Translations under genes and position numbers: made by a program
DNA from: Cyanophyceae cyanobacterium
Lineage (GTDB): Bacteria > Cyanobacteriota > Cyanobacteriia > Cyanobacteriales > Laspinemataceae
Direction: 5' to 3'
Length of the DNA: 64,000 nt
NCBI GenBank assembly: GCA_038321985.1
Contig: JBBQFN010000021.1
Span: 1-64,000, forward strand
The notes under the pieces: model-generated
Database searches by the model: none
Seen by the model: only the letters and a program-made list of their open reading frames with translations
What the model was told of the DNA's origin: nothing
Part shown: positions 1-9,248 of the stretch, piece after piece
Layout: every line of letters starts with the position of its first letter
Position numbering within the stretch: the stretch's first letter is position 1

Positions 1-139
1 AGTATTTTGGGGATTTATGAGACTCGTTTTGGTCACTTTTAGAGCTAGAAGCCTTGACTTGTAAGGCTTTCAGTTCCTGGGCTGGGGAGCGAGTACAAAA
101 CTAATTAGAAAAACTTATCACCAAAAAGTCTGAAGAGCC
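1..139. mobile_element. Terminal part of an IS-like element running off the left edge (family unresolved)
   Basis: Ends CCAAAAAGTCTGAAGAGCC (reverse complement GGCTCTTCAGACTTTTTGG, an IS-terminus-like sequence). Internal hairpin AAGCCTT-gacttgt-AAGGCTT. Methylase-like coding sequence begins abruptly right after it. Confidence 0.55.
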
Positions 140-468
140 CAGAAAACTTATTTAAAGTGAAACATTGGAAAATCATCCAGGGAGATTATTCACAAGCGCC
201 AGATATTGAAGCAACTTGGTTTATCGATCCTCCCTATAAAGATGAATCGGGAACGGGATATCGCTATAATAGTAAAATGATTGATTATCATCATTTAGCT
301 GAGTGGAGTAATAATCGTCAAGGGGAAGTTATTTTTTGCGAGGGAATATCAGGAGACTATTTGCCATTTAAAGCCCTATTAGATTTAAAAGGTGTAGCGG
401 GTAAAACGAGCAAAGAGTTTATTTACTATCGTTCAAATCTTTACAAGCAGCTTGAACTTTTTAACTAA
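140..468 (+). pseudogene. 3' fragment of a DNA adenine (amino) methyltransferase, Dam/D12-like, truncated at the 5' end
   Basis: Catalytic motif IV WFIDPPY. The frame reads ENLFKVKHW back to the IS-like end. No SAM-binding N-terminal half or convincing start in the window. Confidence 0.75.
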
Positions 469-1159
469 TTTGAAAGTTTAAGAACCGCTGATATACCTGG
501 ATATATTCAGGTCGGTCTAATAAAACTATCCAGCCTTGGCCCATTTTAAATTTACCGCTGGCTTTCATTCCGCTAACTTTAGTATTTCTTCCCGTCGTTC
601 CACTAACTGCTCCCCAATCATCAATTCTTAGATTATTAGAATAGAAAACAGCGGTAATTTGCGGATAGTTAAAATCATGAATGCTCTCAACAAAGTCCCA
701 TACTAATCCCAGCAATTCTTTAACTTCTTGATGATGTGCTTGCCATGTTATCCCTGTTATAGACTGAATTCTAGTCTGACCTGCCCGCAAGTTAGCACCT
801 TTAGTGATATTTCCGACGGTGCATTTAACTTCGAGCCCCACGGGATAGTTTCGTAGCACTTCTTCTGGGGCATTAAGACCCTCTTTGGGAATTATATTTG
901 GATGCCCTTTTTCAATAGGATTCACAAGACTATCTGTTAATTTTGCTAAAGCATCACAAAATATAGAGCCAATGATAGAACTTGTTGTTTTATAATCAAT
1001 ACTTTTATAAATAGATGCGGGTAGATCCTCCATAATTTTATTAGTTAGATTTAGCGCCTCCAGAATCTGTTGATTGCTAATTGTAAAACCACAGTCAATT
1101 TGAAAAGATGTTTTAATTCGGTAAGTCATGCTGTTTGTTTGTAGAGCCAAATAAGCCAC
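461..1159 (-). CDS. Putative type II restriction endonuclease (PD-(D/E)xK fold), possibly inactive; ATG at 1129 is an alternative start
   Basis: GHPNIIP...GLEVK resembles PD...ExK. Convergent with the methylase, overlapping it by 8 bp. AT-rich with no HIP1. Confidence 0.6.
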   Translation of the reverse strand: MAYLALQTNSMTYRIKTSFQIDCGFTISNQQILEALNLTNKIMEDLPASIYKSIDYKTTSSIIGSIFCDALAKLTDSLVNPIEKGHPNIIPKEGLNAPEEVLRNYPVGLEVKCTVGNITKGANLRAGQTRIQSITGITWQAHHQEVKELLGLVWDFVESIHDFNYPQITAVFYSNNLRIDDWGAVSGTTGRNTKVSGMKASGKFKMGQGWIVLLDRPEYIQVYQRFLNFQIS

Positions 1160-1209
1160 GAGTGAGGATTTTTATCAGAAAGAAAAGGTAGAAACCTCAT
1201 CCTTTTAAA

Positions 1210-1244
1210 AAAGGTGCATTGCGGTCCGACCGTAATGCACCTTT
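1210..1244. terminator. Hairpin downstream of cruF
   Basis: AAAGGTGCATTGCGG-tccga-CCGTAATGCACCTTT, flanked by A/T runs. Confidence 0.6.
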
Positions 1245-1264
1245 AATTGACAATCAACAACAGG

Positions 1265-2203
1265 TTATTTGGCTGCGACTTCCACGGGGGGTAGGGAGAC
1301 TTGAGAGAGGGTATTTGTTGGAAGGGGTTCGATCGCCATCTCAATTTCTGCTTCTTCCAAAGGCGAGGCAATCCACCATAACACCACTGCCGGAACGACT
1401 CCCAGAACCATGCTGAGTAATGTCGGAATGACGAAGCGTGAATCTAATGCAACTAAGGTGATAACTGCACCAAAGGCAAAGTTAACAATGTAGGTGATTA
1501 AGGGTAATCCTAATTGTGAACGGGATAATCTAATCGGTGCTTTACCCCAAAAGAAGGCAGCAACACTCATGAAGATTGCGCCGGTTCCCATCCATCCAGT
1601 GAGATTTCGGTAAGGCATCCCGAAAAAGGCTCCTTCTTCTTGGAATTGCCAGAAGGGGAAGCTGGTTTGACTCATGGCAGGGTCGAGTACGAAGTCCCAG
1701 GCGGTGAGGAGGAGTGATCCGAGTGCGATCGCCCCGATTTGTCTCACCCAGTTTGGCAGTTGAATCGATTCTAATCCCGCACGCGCTAAGACGTAACAGA
1801 CGAGTCCCATATAAAACCAGGACAGGGGAATCGTAAATGGCACTAATCCGGCAACTTTATAGCCTAAGCCACTCAAATATTGATAATGTCCAAAGGGGAA
1901 CCCGGTACTGGTGCCCAGTAATTCACTCCCCAAGGATAAAACGACCGCAGGGACCATGAAGGTTAACCACAATCGCGTTCCTAGTTCTCTATAGGCATAA
2001 AGGGCGACTGCTAAAGCCCCTAAGATGATATAGGAGACTCCCCCTCCAGCCATGCTCCATTGGAAGACTTTCTGGCCGAATTCAGACAGGTTGACGATGA
2101 ATTCGGGATTGGGTAATACCAGCAGCAGTCCGGCAAGTCCAAAGGCCATTGATAGGGTATGGCTAATCAGGCACAGACGTTCAGCAGTTACAAGTTGCTT
2201 CAT
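1265..2203 (-). CDS. cruF: Gamma-carotene 1'-hydroxylase CruF (myxoxanthophyll pathway)
   Basis: Multi-TM protein with SELLGTSTGFPFGHY, VPFTIPLSWF and AWDFVLDPAM motifs typical of CruF. Confidence 0.85.
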   Translation of the reverse strand: MKQLVTAERLCLISHTLSMAFGLAGLLLVLPNPEFIVNLSEFGQKVFQWSMAGGGVSYIILGALAVALYAYRELGTRLWLTFMVPAVVLSLGSELLGTSTGFPFGHYQYLSGLGYKVAGLVPFTIPLSWFYMGLVCYVLARAGLESIQLPNWVRQIGAIALGSLLLTAWDFVLDPAMSQTSFPFWQFQEEGAFFGMPYRNLTGWMGTGAIFMSVAAFFWGKAPIRLSRSQLGLPLITYIVNFAFGAVITLVALDSRFVIPTLLSMVLGVVPAVVLWWIASPLEEAEIEMAIEPLPTNTLSQVSLPPVEVAAK

Positions 2204-2247
2204 TGGAATCTAAAATATTCTGATATTCAGAAAACGCTTCATATTAG

Positions 2248-2265
2248 TTTACAAATGTTTAGGAA
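2248..2265. promoter_or_regulatory. Candidate HLR1 (RpaB) site upstream of cruF
   Basis: TTTACAAA-tg-TTTAGGAA versus consensus (G/T)TTACA(T/A)(T/A)-N2 direct repeat; next to a possible minus-strand -10 TAATAT at 2241-2246. Confidence 0.3.
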
Positions 2266-2609
2266 AAATAGGGTTGTGACATTTTAATGAGGTGAGGTCC
2301 AAAATGGGGCAGATTTCCAGCATAAAGATTGCTGCCTCCTAAATATAGGACAAGTCAAGAGAAAAAACGCTAAATGTAGAGAAATTGAGTAAAATTAATC
2401 CCTTGTCTGGAACTCATTACCCTTTTGTCTGGGAAGGAGTGGGGTATCGGTGGCGGATCCGGAATTAAACCGATCGCCAGGGAAATATCCGTGGTAAACA
2501 TTTTTTAGCTTACTTCAGCAGATGATTGCCTGGAATGGACGGGCTACCGGCTTGATGTGGAGTCAGCTATCTGCACGATTTTTGTACATTTTGAGAACAG
2601 GGGGAAATT

Positions 2610-3803
2610 GTGGCGATCGCAACAACTATCGGAATCACTCTCGGGGCAGCAGCATTGGTCCTGGGAACCGCTGCCGCTGCCATAGAATACCAATACCGCA
2701 GAAGACCGGGAAATCAACTGGATTTGACCCCGGGAGAGTGGCACGAAGAAGTCTTATCTCCCGAACGGCGTCACCTGATTGGGGAACTGGAACTAATTAA
2801 CCGCACTTCCACCCTAGAAATTATGGTGCCGGAAGTCCATACCGAGGTCAAACTCCTCTCAGGCAGTAGCCTAGAAGGAATCACCACCCGGACTGAAGTG
2901 ATTCCGATGCACCCGGATGAAAAAGCCCGGGATGATAACTATTGGTTTGGCTATATTGTCAAAATTGGCAAAAAAACTCGCATGAAGGTGGCGATTGATA
3001 TCCAGGGGCCGAATCTCGATCGCCTGAAAGCCGCCTGGATTGCTGTCACTTATGTCACCTATGGACCCGAGGGCCGGATTCCTAAAACCCGCCATGTGGT
3101 GGTCCCGTTAAAATATCCGGACCCCTCGGAGTCTACGAACTGGCGCAAGATTCCCGAAGCAGATTCGGAAATTTTACCGATTAAAACCCATTTGCTCACC
3201 AACTTGGATGATCCGGTAGATATCGTCAAGCGATATGTAATGCCCCATGCTCAACCCGGGGATATCGTGACCCTTGGGGAAACTCCCGTGGCGATTATGC
3301 AGGACCGCTGGCATCATCCCAGTACCGTTAAACCGGGTTTTGTAGCGAAACGGCTGTGCTATTTCTTCTTGCCAACCTCTAGTTTAGCCACCGCCTGCGG
3401 ATTGCAAACCTTGGTGGATATTGAGGGACCTGTGCGGGTGGCTTTGGCCTTTTTCATTGGGGCGATCGCCAAAGTCTTTGGGAAACCCGGGGTCTTTTAT
3501 CAGTTAGCGGGAGAACAGGCAAGGCTGATTGATGACGTCACCGGCACCTTGCCACCCTACGATCAATTTATTGTTCTGGGTCCGGACAATCCTCAGAGGG
3601 TGGTCGATCTGATCCAACAACAGACCGGATTATCTGCTGCTATCGTAGACGTGAACGATTTAAAAGCGGTTAAGATATTAGCAGCCTCCTCCGATCTTTC
3701 TACTGCCGTACTAGAGCAATCCTTGCGGAGCAATCCTGCTGGGAATGCAGACGAGCAAACCCCAGTGGTATTAATTCGTCCGGGCCGGAAATCACAATCC
3801 TAA
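2610..3803 (+). CDS. F420-0:gamma-glutamyl ligase-like protein with N-terminal membrane anchor
   Basis: IDDVTGTLPPYD, VDVNDL and NPAGNADEQTP motifs; hydrophobic N-terminus. Confidence 0.8.
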   Translation: MAIATTIGITLGAAALVLGTAAAAIEYQYRRRPGNQLDLTPGEWHEEVLSPERRHLIGELELINRTSTLEIMVPEVHTEVKLLSGSSLEGITTRTEVIPMHPDEKARDDNYWFGYIVKIGKKTRMKVAIDIQGPNLDRLKAAWIAVTYVTYGPEGRIPKTRHVVVPLKYPDPSESTNWRKIPEADSEILPIKTHLLTNLDDPVDIVKRYVMPHAQPGDIVTLGETPVAIMQDRWHHPSTVKPGFVAKRLCYFFLPTSSLATACGLQTLVDIEGPVRVALAFFIGAIAKVFGKPGVFYQLAGEQARLIDDVTGTLPPYDQFIVLGPDNPQRVVDLIQQQTGLSAAIVDVNDLKAVKILAASSDLSTAVLEQSLRSNPAGNADEQTPVVLIRPGRKSQS

Positions 3804-3818
3804 AACAGCGATCGACTA

Positions 3819-3862
3819 TAACGGAGGAAGGAACAGCGCCGATCTTCTGCCTTCCTCCGTTA
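3819..3862. repeat. Intercistronic inverted repeat
   Basis: TAACGGAGGAAGG ... CCTTCCTCCGTTA (13-bp arms). Confidence 0.6.
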
Positions 3863-3978
3863 GGGTGGCGATCGGGCAGGGAAAGATAGCCACCTGTGCT
3901 GTTCCACGAGGGTTCCGAAGCCCGGAAAGTTTTTTGCACGGTGCTGTCAAGTAATGCTGAATAAACAGTCCCTCCAAA

Positions 3979-5223
3979 ATGACCTCACACCTGCCCCAAA
4001 ATCAAACTCTGACGATCCGCCCCCTGCAATACCGCGACCTTGATGCGGTGGCAGAACTCGCTAACGCGACTGAAATTGAGGCGGGCAGTCCCAGCAGTTC
4101 TGTGGAAAATGGGTCCCTAGATATTGGGACTCAAATTGATACGGTCCGGCGCTGGTATTGGCCGCTGAAGTTGCTTAGTTTGTTTCCGAATCCACTCCAA
4201 AGCCAGTTGTGTGTTCGGGTAGCCCAAGACGATCGCAAAATTCGGGGTGCGATTCAGATGTCGCCGTTTAACCATACCCGCAGCACTTGGCGTGTTGACC
4301 GGGTTGTGGTCCCTCCGAGTTCGGAAAAACTGGGGATTGGTTCTCAACTGATCCGCCATTGCTTAGAGTCCATCTGGGAAGCGCGGATGTGGCTGCTAGA
4401 AGTAGATGTTAATGAAAAAGACGAACTGGCGCTATATCGGCATAATGGCTTTCAGCCGTTAGCGCAGATGACCTATTGGGCGATCGCCCCGGAATTACTA
4501 GAGCAATTGGCCCAAGGGGAACCGGATTTGCCAAACTTGATGCCGGTGAGTAATGCCGATGCCCAACTGCTTTATCAACTAGATACTGCTGCGATGCCGC
4601 CCTTGGTGCGTCAAGTGTTCGATCGCCATATCCAAGACTTTCATACCAGCTTGCTGGGTGCAGTTACCCAAGGCATCAGCCAATGGTTGCATAAAACGGA
4701 GACAGTGAGTGGTTATGTGTTTGAAACCCAGCGCAAAGCGGCGATCGGTTACTTTCAAGTCCGCCTCAGTCGCAATGGTTCTCAACCCCATGTCGCGGAG
4801 TTAACCGTCCACCCGGCTTACACTTGGCTGTATCCCGAACTGGTGGCTCAAATGGCCCGGATTGTCCAAGAATTACCGGCACAATCCTTGCTACTCGCCT
4901 CTGCCGACTATCAGCCGGAACGGGAAGAATATTTACAGCAAGTCGGGGCACAACGGATTTCCCATAGCCTGTTGATGTCTCGTTCGGTGTGGCACAAGCT
5001 GCGGGAATCTAAGCCGGTTTCTTTGGAATTACAATTATCCGAGGTGCTGCAAGGACTACAGGGCGCTCGGAAACCGATTCCTAGCCGGATGTCTTGGCTC
5101 AAAAAGCCTCAATCTGCGGGTTCGGGTAAACAAGAGCCTTCCCAAGCCTCGATTGAAGAACTCGGTTCCTTGTTACCGAGTGAGCAATTGGAGATGACCT
5201 TGGAGGATGATACTCTAAGTTAG
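3979..5223 (+). CDS. GNAT family N-acetyltransferase
   Basis: LGIGSQL and ALYRHNGF acetyl-CoA-binding motifs. Confidence 0.8.
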   Translation: MTSHLPQNQTLTIRPLQYRDLDAVAELANATEIEAGSPSSSVENGSLDIGTQIDTVRRWYWPLKLLSLFPNPLQSQLCVRVAQDDRKIRGAIQMSPFNHTRSTWRVDRVVVPPSSEKLGIGSQLIRHCLESIWEARMWLLEVDVNEKDELALYRHNGFQPLAQMTYWAIAPELLEQLAQGEPDLPNLMPVSNADAQLLYQLDTAAMPPLVRQVFDRHIQDFHTSLLGAVTQGISQWLHKTETVSGYVFETQRKAAIGYFQVRLSRNGSQPHVAELTVHPAYTWLYPELVAQMARIVQELPAQSLLLASADYQPEREEYLQQVGAQRISHSLLMSRSVWHKLRESKPVSLELQLSEVLQGLQGARKPIPSRMSWLKKPQSAGSGKQEPSQASIEELGSLLPSEQLEMTLEDDTLS

Positions 5224-5263
5224 TAGTTAAGTCATTAGTCAAGGGCTAATGACTTAACTACTA
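5221..5263. terminator. Long hairpin at the GNAT stop codon
   Basis: TAGTAGTTAAGTCATTAG-tcaaggg-CTAATGACTTAACTACTA (18-bp perfect arms). Confidence 0.7.
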
Positions 5264-5384
5264 ACCTTTGATAGTTAACCCCTTGCAATAATTATAAAGA
5301 GACCTCCGGTTCCTCCCTAAGCATGGGGGAACTCGGGAATTAGGCAATAATTTTACTATCAAGAAAGCCCGGTTTTAATCAGGA

Positions 5385-5849
5385 ATGGCACAGAAAATAT
5401 CAGCACTTGGATTAGATATCGGTCGCAAACGAATTGGCGTCGCCGGTTGCGACGGTACGGGTCTAATTGCCACGGGTATTACTACGATTGAAAGCAAATC
5501 CTTTGCTGATATCCTCAGCCAACTTCAGGGGATTATTGAAGAACGGGGGGTAGAGGTTTTAGTAGTGGGATTGCCCTATTCAATGGATGGTTCGATCGGT
5601 TTTCAAGCGCGACAGGTCCAGAAATTTAGCAGACGCCTCTCGGCGGCCCTCAATTTACCGATCGAGTTTGTAGATGAGCGCCTCACTTCCTATTACGCCG
5701 AACAGATGCTGATTGACCAGAATCTGTCGCCCTCACGCAACAAAGGGTTAATTGACCGAAAAGCGGCGGCGATGATTTTGCAACAATGGTTAGAGGACCG
5801 ACGCAAAAAAAATCAGTCCCAGGTACGGAAGGAAGAGGAAAAAAGTTAA
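5385..5849 (+). CDS. ruvX: YqgF/RuvX family nuclease (pre-16S rRNA processing / resolvase-like)
   Basis: LGLDIGRKRIGVA, VVGLP, DERLTS and IDRKAA motifs. Confidence 0.93.
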   Translation: MAQKISALGLDIGRKRIGVAGCDGTGLIATGITTIESKSFADILSQLQGIIEERGVEVLVVGLPYSMDGSIGFQARQVQKFSRRLSAALNLPIEFVDERLTSYYAEQMLIDQNLSPSRNKGLIDRKAAAMILQQWLEDRRKKNQSQVRKEEEKS

Positions 5850-5972
5850 GCATTTAGAGGGATTGAGGAAAAGTAACCGGCTGATACCATCAAGGATAGA
5901 TAAAAGCTGGGCGATCGCATTCCGGCGATTGCTGATAAAAGCACTTTATTATATCTTTGTCCTTAGCCTTTT

Positions 5973-7247
5973 ATGAAAAAATTGCTGGATCGCCTGAGGG
6001 CTTGGTTGCCCCAACTTCCGATGCAAGTGTGGATTTTAATTTCAGGTCGGTTGTTGTCGGGAATTGGGACCGGATTTACTTTGTTTTATGCCCCAATATT
6101 TTTTGTAAATGAAGTTGGATTAACCAAAACTGCCGTAGGGTTAGCCCTAGGGGCGGGTTCGATCGCAGGAATTCTAGGGCGGATTTTAAGTGGTTCCTGG
6201 CTAGATGCGCCGGAGTGGGGACGCAAGCGCACCTTACTGTTTGCGGCCATTATTTCCGCGCTTGCCTCGGGGATATTAGCCCTTGCTAATAATTTTGAAA
6301 TCTTGGTTTTGGGGAATATCCTGATGGGCTTTGGAATCGGCTTATATTGGCCTGCTACCGAGTCCGTTGTGGCGGATTTAACCAATGGAGGACAACGCCA
6401 TGAGGGTTATGCAATGGCCCGATTAGGAGATAGTTTGGGCCTACAGTTGGGGGTAATTTGGGGCGGTCTTTTGATTTCGTTAACGGGGCAGTATCGGTTA
6501 TTATTTATTATTGATGCGGCTTCATTTATCGTGTTTTTTGGGATAATTTGGCTGGCGATCACCGAACCCCATCGACAGCAGGTTTCTTCTAAACCGCCCC
6601 TGGAAGGATGGATGAGTGCCTTTCGCGATCGCACTCTCATGGTTTATGCGGTGGTTAATATTATGTTTACTACCTATATTGCCCAAATTCAAACCACTCT
6701 TCCCCTTTATTTAAGCGATTTTGTGGACTTAGGAGAAAGAGGAAAAGGATTTTCTGCCGGAAATATCGGCGCATTGTTTACCTGGCATTTAGCTTTATGT
6801 ATCTTGATGCAATTGCCAGTTTCCCGAGTTTTTAAACGGTTTCGACATTCTAAAGTATTAATTATTTCCGGCATCCTCTGGGCAGTCGGATTTATTTTTA
6901 TCTCAATTACGGGAACGATTTCTACTTCACCCCTAATCACTGCCACGATCGCCTTAGCCATTTTAGCAGTCGCTACGGTGGCTTACAATCCGGCTGCTTC
7001 ATCTTTAGTCGCCGAAATGGCACCACCCAACCTCCGGGGAGTCTATTTATCTCTAAATTCTCAATGTTGGGCGATCGGCTATTTTATCGGTCCAATATTA
7101 GGGGGATGGGTGTTAGATTTACCCCGTCCTCTCTCTGATGGATTATGGCCCGGATTGGTGCTCAGTGTCGGTGTGGCTATCTGGATTTTACAGGTTCTAG
7201 ATCGGATGTTGGTCAATAGAAAACGGCTTTGTGAATCGCAAATTTGA
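5973..7247 (+). CDS. MFS transporter
   Basis: About 12 hydrophobic helices; motif A-like D..WGRKR; APPNLRGVY. Confidence 0.88.
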   Translation: MKKLLDRLRAWLPQLPMQVWILISGRLLSGIGTGFTLFYAPIFFVNEVGLTKTAVGLALGAGSIAGILGRILSGSWLDAPEWGRKRTLLFAAIISALASGILALANNFEILVLGNILMGFGIGLYWPATESVVADLTNGGQRHEGYAMARLGDSLGLQLGVIWGGLLISLTGQYRLLFIIDAASFIVFFGIIWLAITEPHRQQVSSKPPLEGWMSAFRDRTLMVYAVVNIMFTTYIAQIQTTLPLYLSDFVDLGERGKGFSAGNIGALFTWHLALCILMQLPVSRVFKRFRHSKVLIISGILWAVGFIFISITGTISTSPLITATIALAILAVATVAYNPAASSLVAEMAPPNLRGVYLSLNSQCWAIGYFIGPILGGWVLDLPRPLSDGLWPGLVLSVGVAIWILQVLDRMLVNRKRLCESQI

Positions 7248-7248
7248 T

Positions 7249-7553
7249 GAATCCGGAAACGACAGCAAGTCGTTACTACAAAAGGGGGAATCCGGAAACG
7301 ACAGCAAGTCGTTACTACAAGCGGGGAATTCGTTTTCTTTCTTAGTTCGTAATAACGACTTTAGTCGTTTTCTTTCTTAGTTCGTAATAACGACTTTAGT
7401 CGTTCTCTTTCTTAGTTCGTAGTAACGACTTTAGTCGTTCTCTTTCTTTAAACGGGGAATCCGGAAACGACTGAAGTCGTTACTACAAACGGGGAATTCG
7501 TTTTCTTTCTTAGTTCGTAGTTTCGTAGTAACGACTTCAGTCGTTCTCTTTCT
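7249..7553. repeat. Cluster of seven GTAG-type REP-like palindromes (BIME-like) between convergent genes
   Basis: Units GTA(G/A)TAACGAC-N4-GTCGTT: four forward and three reversed (AACGAC-N4/5-GTCGTTACTAC), joined by repeated linkers TCTTTCTTAGTTC and GGGGAATCCGGA. Confidence 0.85.
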
Positions 7554-7554
7554 T

Positions 7555-8205
7555 CTATCGACGGCGGCTTTGTAGCTTCCGATAAACGTCTCGCAAATCG
7601 ACGTTATGTTTGGCTAAAGCGACCATTGAATGATAAAATAAATCGGCGACTTCTCCGGCGATCGCATCGGCATCGTCATCTTTACAGGCCATCACCACTT
7701 CGGCGGATTCTTCCCCGATTTTCTTGAGAATTTTGTTATCTCCACCGGCTAGAAGTTTAGCGGTATAGGAGTCAGGCGAAGGATGATCCCGGCGATCGCA
7801 AATTACCTCAAAAACTTGGGATAGGGTATCTGCTGGGGGTGAGGCAATCTGGCCCTCCACTTGGTGAAAACAACTGCGTTCCCCCGTATGGCAGGCAATA
7901 TCGCCAATTTGTTCAATCCCGATTAAGAGACAGTCACTATCGCAGTCGTAGCGCAGCGATCGCACTTTTTGCAGATGTCCCGAAGTTGCGCCTTTATGCC
8001 ACAATTCCTGGCGCGATCGACTCCAATACCAGCATTCCCCAGTTTCTAGGGTTTTTTGCAAAGATTCGGGATTCATCCAGGCCATCATCAGCACTGTTCC
8101 ATCGAGATAATCCTGGGCGATCGCCGGAACTAGACCCTGTTCATTATAGCGAATTCGATCCACTGGAATCGCTGTTTTATTACTTGCCATTTCCGTCTTA
8201 GACAT
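7555..8205 (-). CDS. hisIE: Bifunctional phosphoribosyl-AMP cyclohydrolase / phosphoribosyl-ATP diphosphatase
   Basis: [32 protein letters not shown] and KKIGEE motifs. Confidence 0.96.
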   Translation of the reverse strand: MSKTEMASNKTAIPVDRIRYNEQGLVPAIAQDYLDGTVLMMAWMNPESLQKTLETGECWYWSRSRQELWHKGATSGHLQKVRSLRYDCDSDCLLIGIEQIGDIACHTGERSCFHQVEGQIASPPADTLSQVFEVICDRRDHPSPDSYTAKLLAGGDNKILKKIGEESAEVVMACKDDDADAIAGEVADLFYHSMVALAKHNVDLRDVYRKLQSRRR

Positions 8206-8210
8206 AGCCG

Positions 8211-9083
8211 TTACCTGAATTTAACATCTTTAATTTTCTGACTCCACCCCTCACCATAATGCTGAACTTCTAAAAAATTTGCATTTTGTGGGGCAGGCTT
8301 GTACACTCTAAAAGTCCGCGCGATTCCCAAGGTTGCCGCACTTTCTAACGGTCCAAAAAACCGTGAATCTCGGTCCAAAAAGTACGGTTGCTTGGCCCAT
8401 TGTTCCATCTGATGCCGATTCAGAAAAAAACAGCCCGAATGGGGATTTTCTGCTCGCTTAATGGTAATGGGTTGACCCATAACCTTCCCCGTTAGCACTA
8501 GATTATCATTAAAATAGTGAGCAAAATTATCGGTTCTGCCCGTTTTAAATTCTAACTCAGGGTCAATGTAAAACTTTTTAACCGGCGGGTTTTTGGCGAG
8601 TTCAAATCGGTTCGGTTGGAGGACTGCATGATGGCCCATGTACCCCGTAAACCAAGACAACTTTCTAAAAAAATCTGGGTCCGCTAAAATAATATCATCT
8701 TCTAAATAGCAATAATAATCATATTGGCCTAGATTTTGTTTTAACACCCCCTGACATTCAAACCCCAAAAGCATGGGATTACAGGCAAAGGATTGATGGG
8801 TATAAGAATCCCGCGCCACCGGCAATTGATCTAGAAGATGTAACCCCTGAGTGGTGCAGATAATAACCGAAAGTTGCACCGAGGTTTCCAGATTCGCCGG
8901 GAACGTATATAACTGATTCGTGTATTGAAAATAAAACTGCGCCTGACTGTTATAAATGCCATGTAACGATTCAACGCATTGAGTCAGGGCTTGAATCCTA
9001 GGCTGGGAGTCGGGGCTTAACGAGGCATAACCGCCCCCTCCCTTGGGATTGAAAACATGAGGAATTGTCACTAAAACCCGCAT
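8211..9083 (-). CDS. Uncharacterised protein, possible GT-A-like glycosyltransferase
   Basis: 290-aa [13 protein letters not shown] resembles a DxD-type metal motif; ends 5 bp before hisIE. Confidence 0.6.
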   Translation of the reverse strand: MRVLVTIPHVFNPKGGGGYASLSPDSQPRIQALTQCVESLHGIYNSQAQFYFQYTNQLYTFPANLETSVQLSVIICTTQGLHLLDQLPVARDSYTHQSFACNPMLLGFECQGVLKQNLGQYDYYCYLEDDIILADPDFFRKLSWFTGYMGHHAVLQPNRFELAKNPPVKKFYIDPELEFKTGRTDNFAHYFNDNLVLTGKVMGQPITIKRAENPHSGCFFLNRHQMEQWAKQPYFLDRDSRFFGPLESAATLGIARTFRVYKPAPQNANFLEVQHYGEGWSQKIKDVKFR

Positions 9084-9248
9084 AGTCGCTGTGGGGTAAA
9101 ACTCTCTTAATATTTGGTACTAGCGCCAGGGACAGCTATCGGGGTAGGATCGACGATTATAACTGGGACGCTCCCCTTAAACACTTCACACCCAAAAGCC
9201 GTATCCTAAACAAAGTCAACCGTTAAGCCTCTGGCAAAGGAGACACCT

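Noticed and set aside
7249..7553. Possible CRISPR array
   Set aside because: Units occur in both orientations, linkers are repeated rather than unique spacers, and there are no cas genes; it fits a REP cluster
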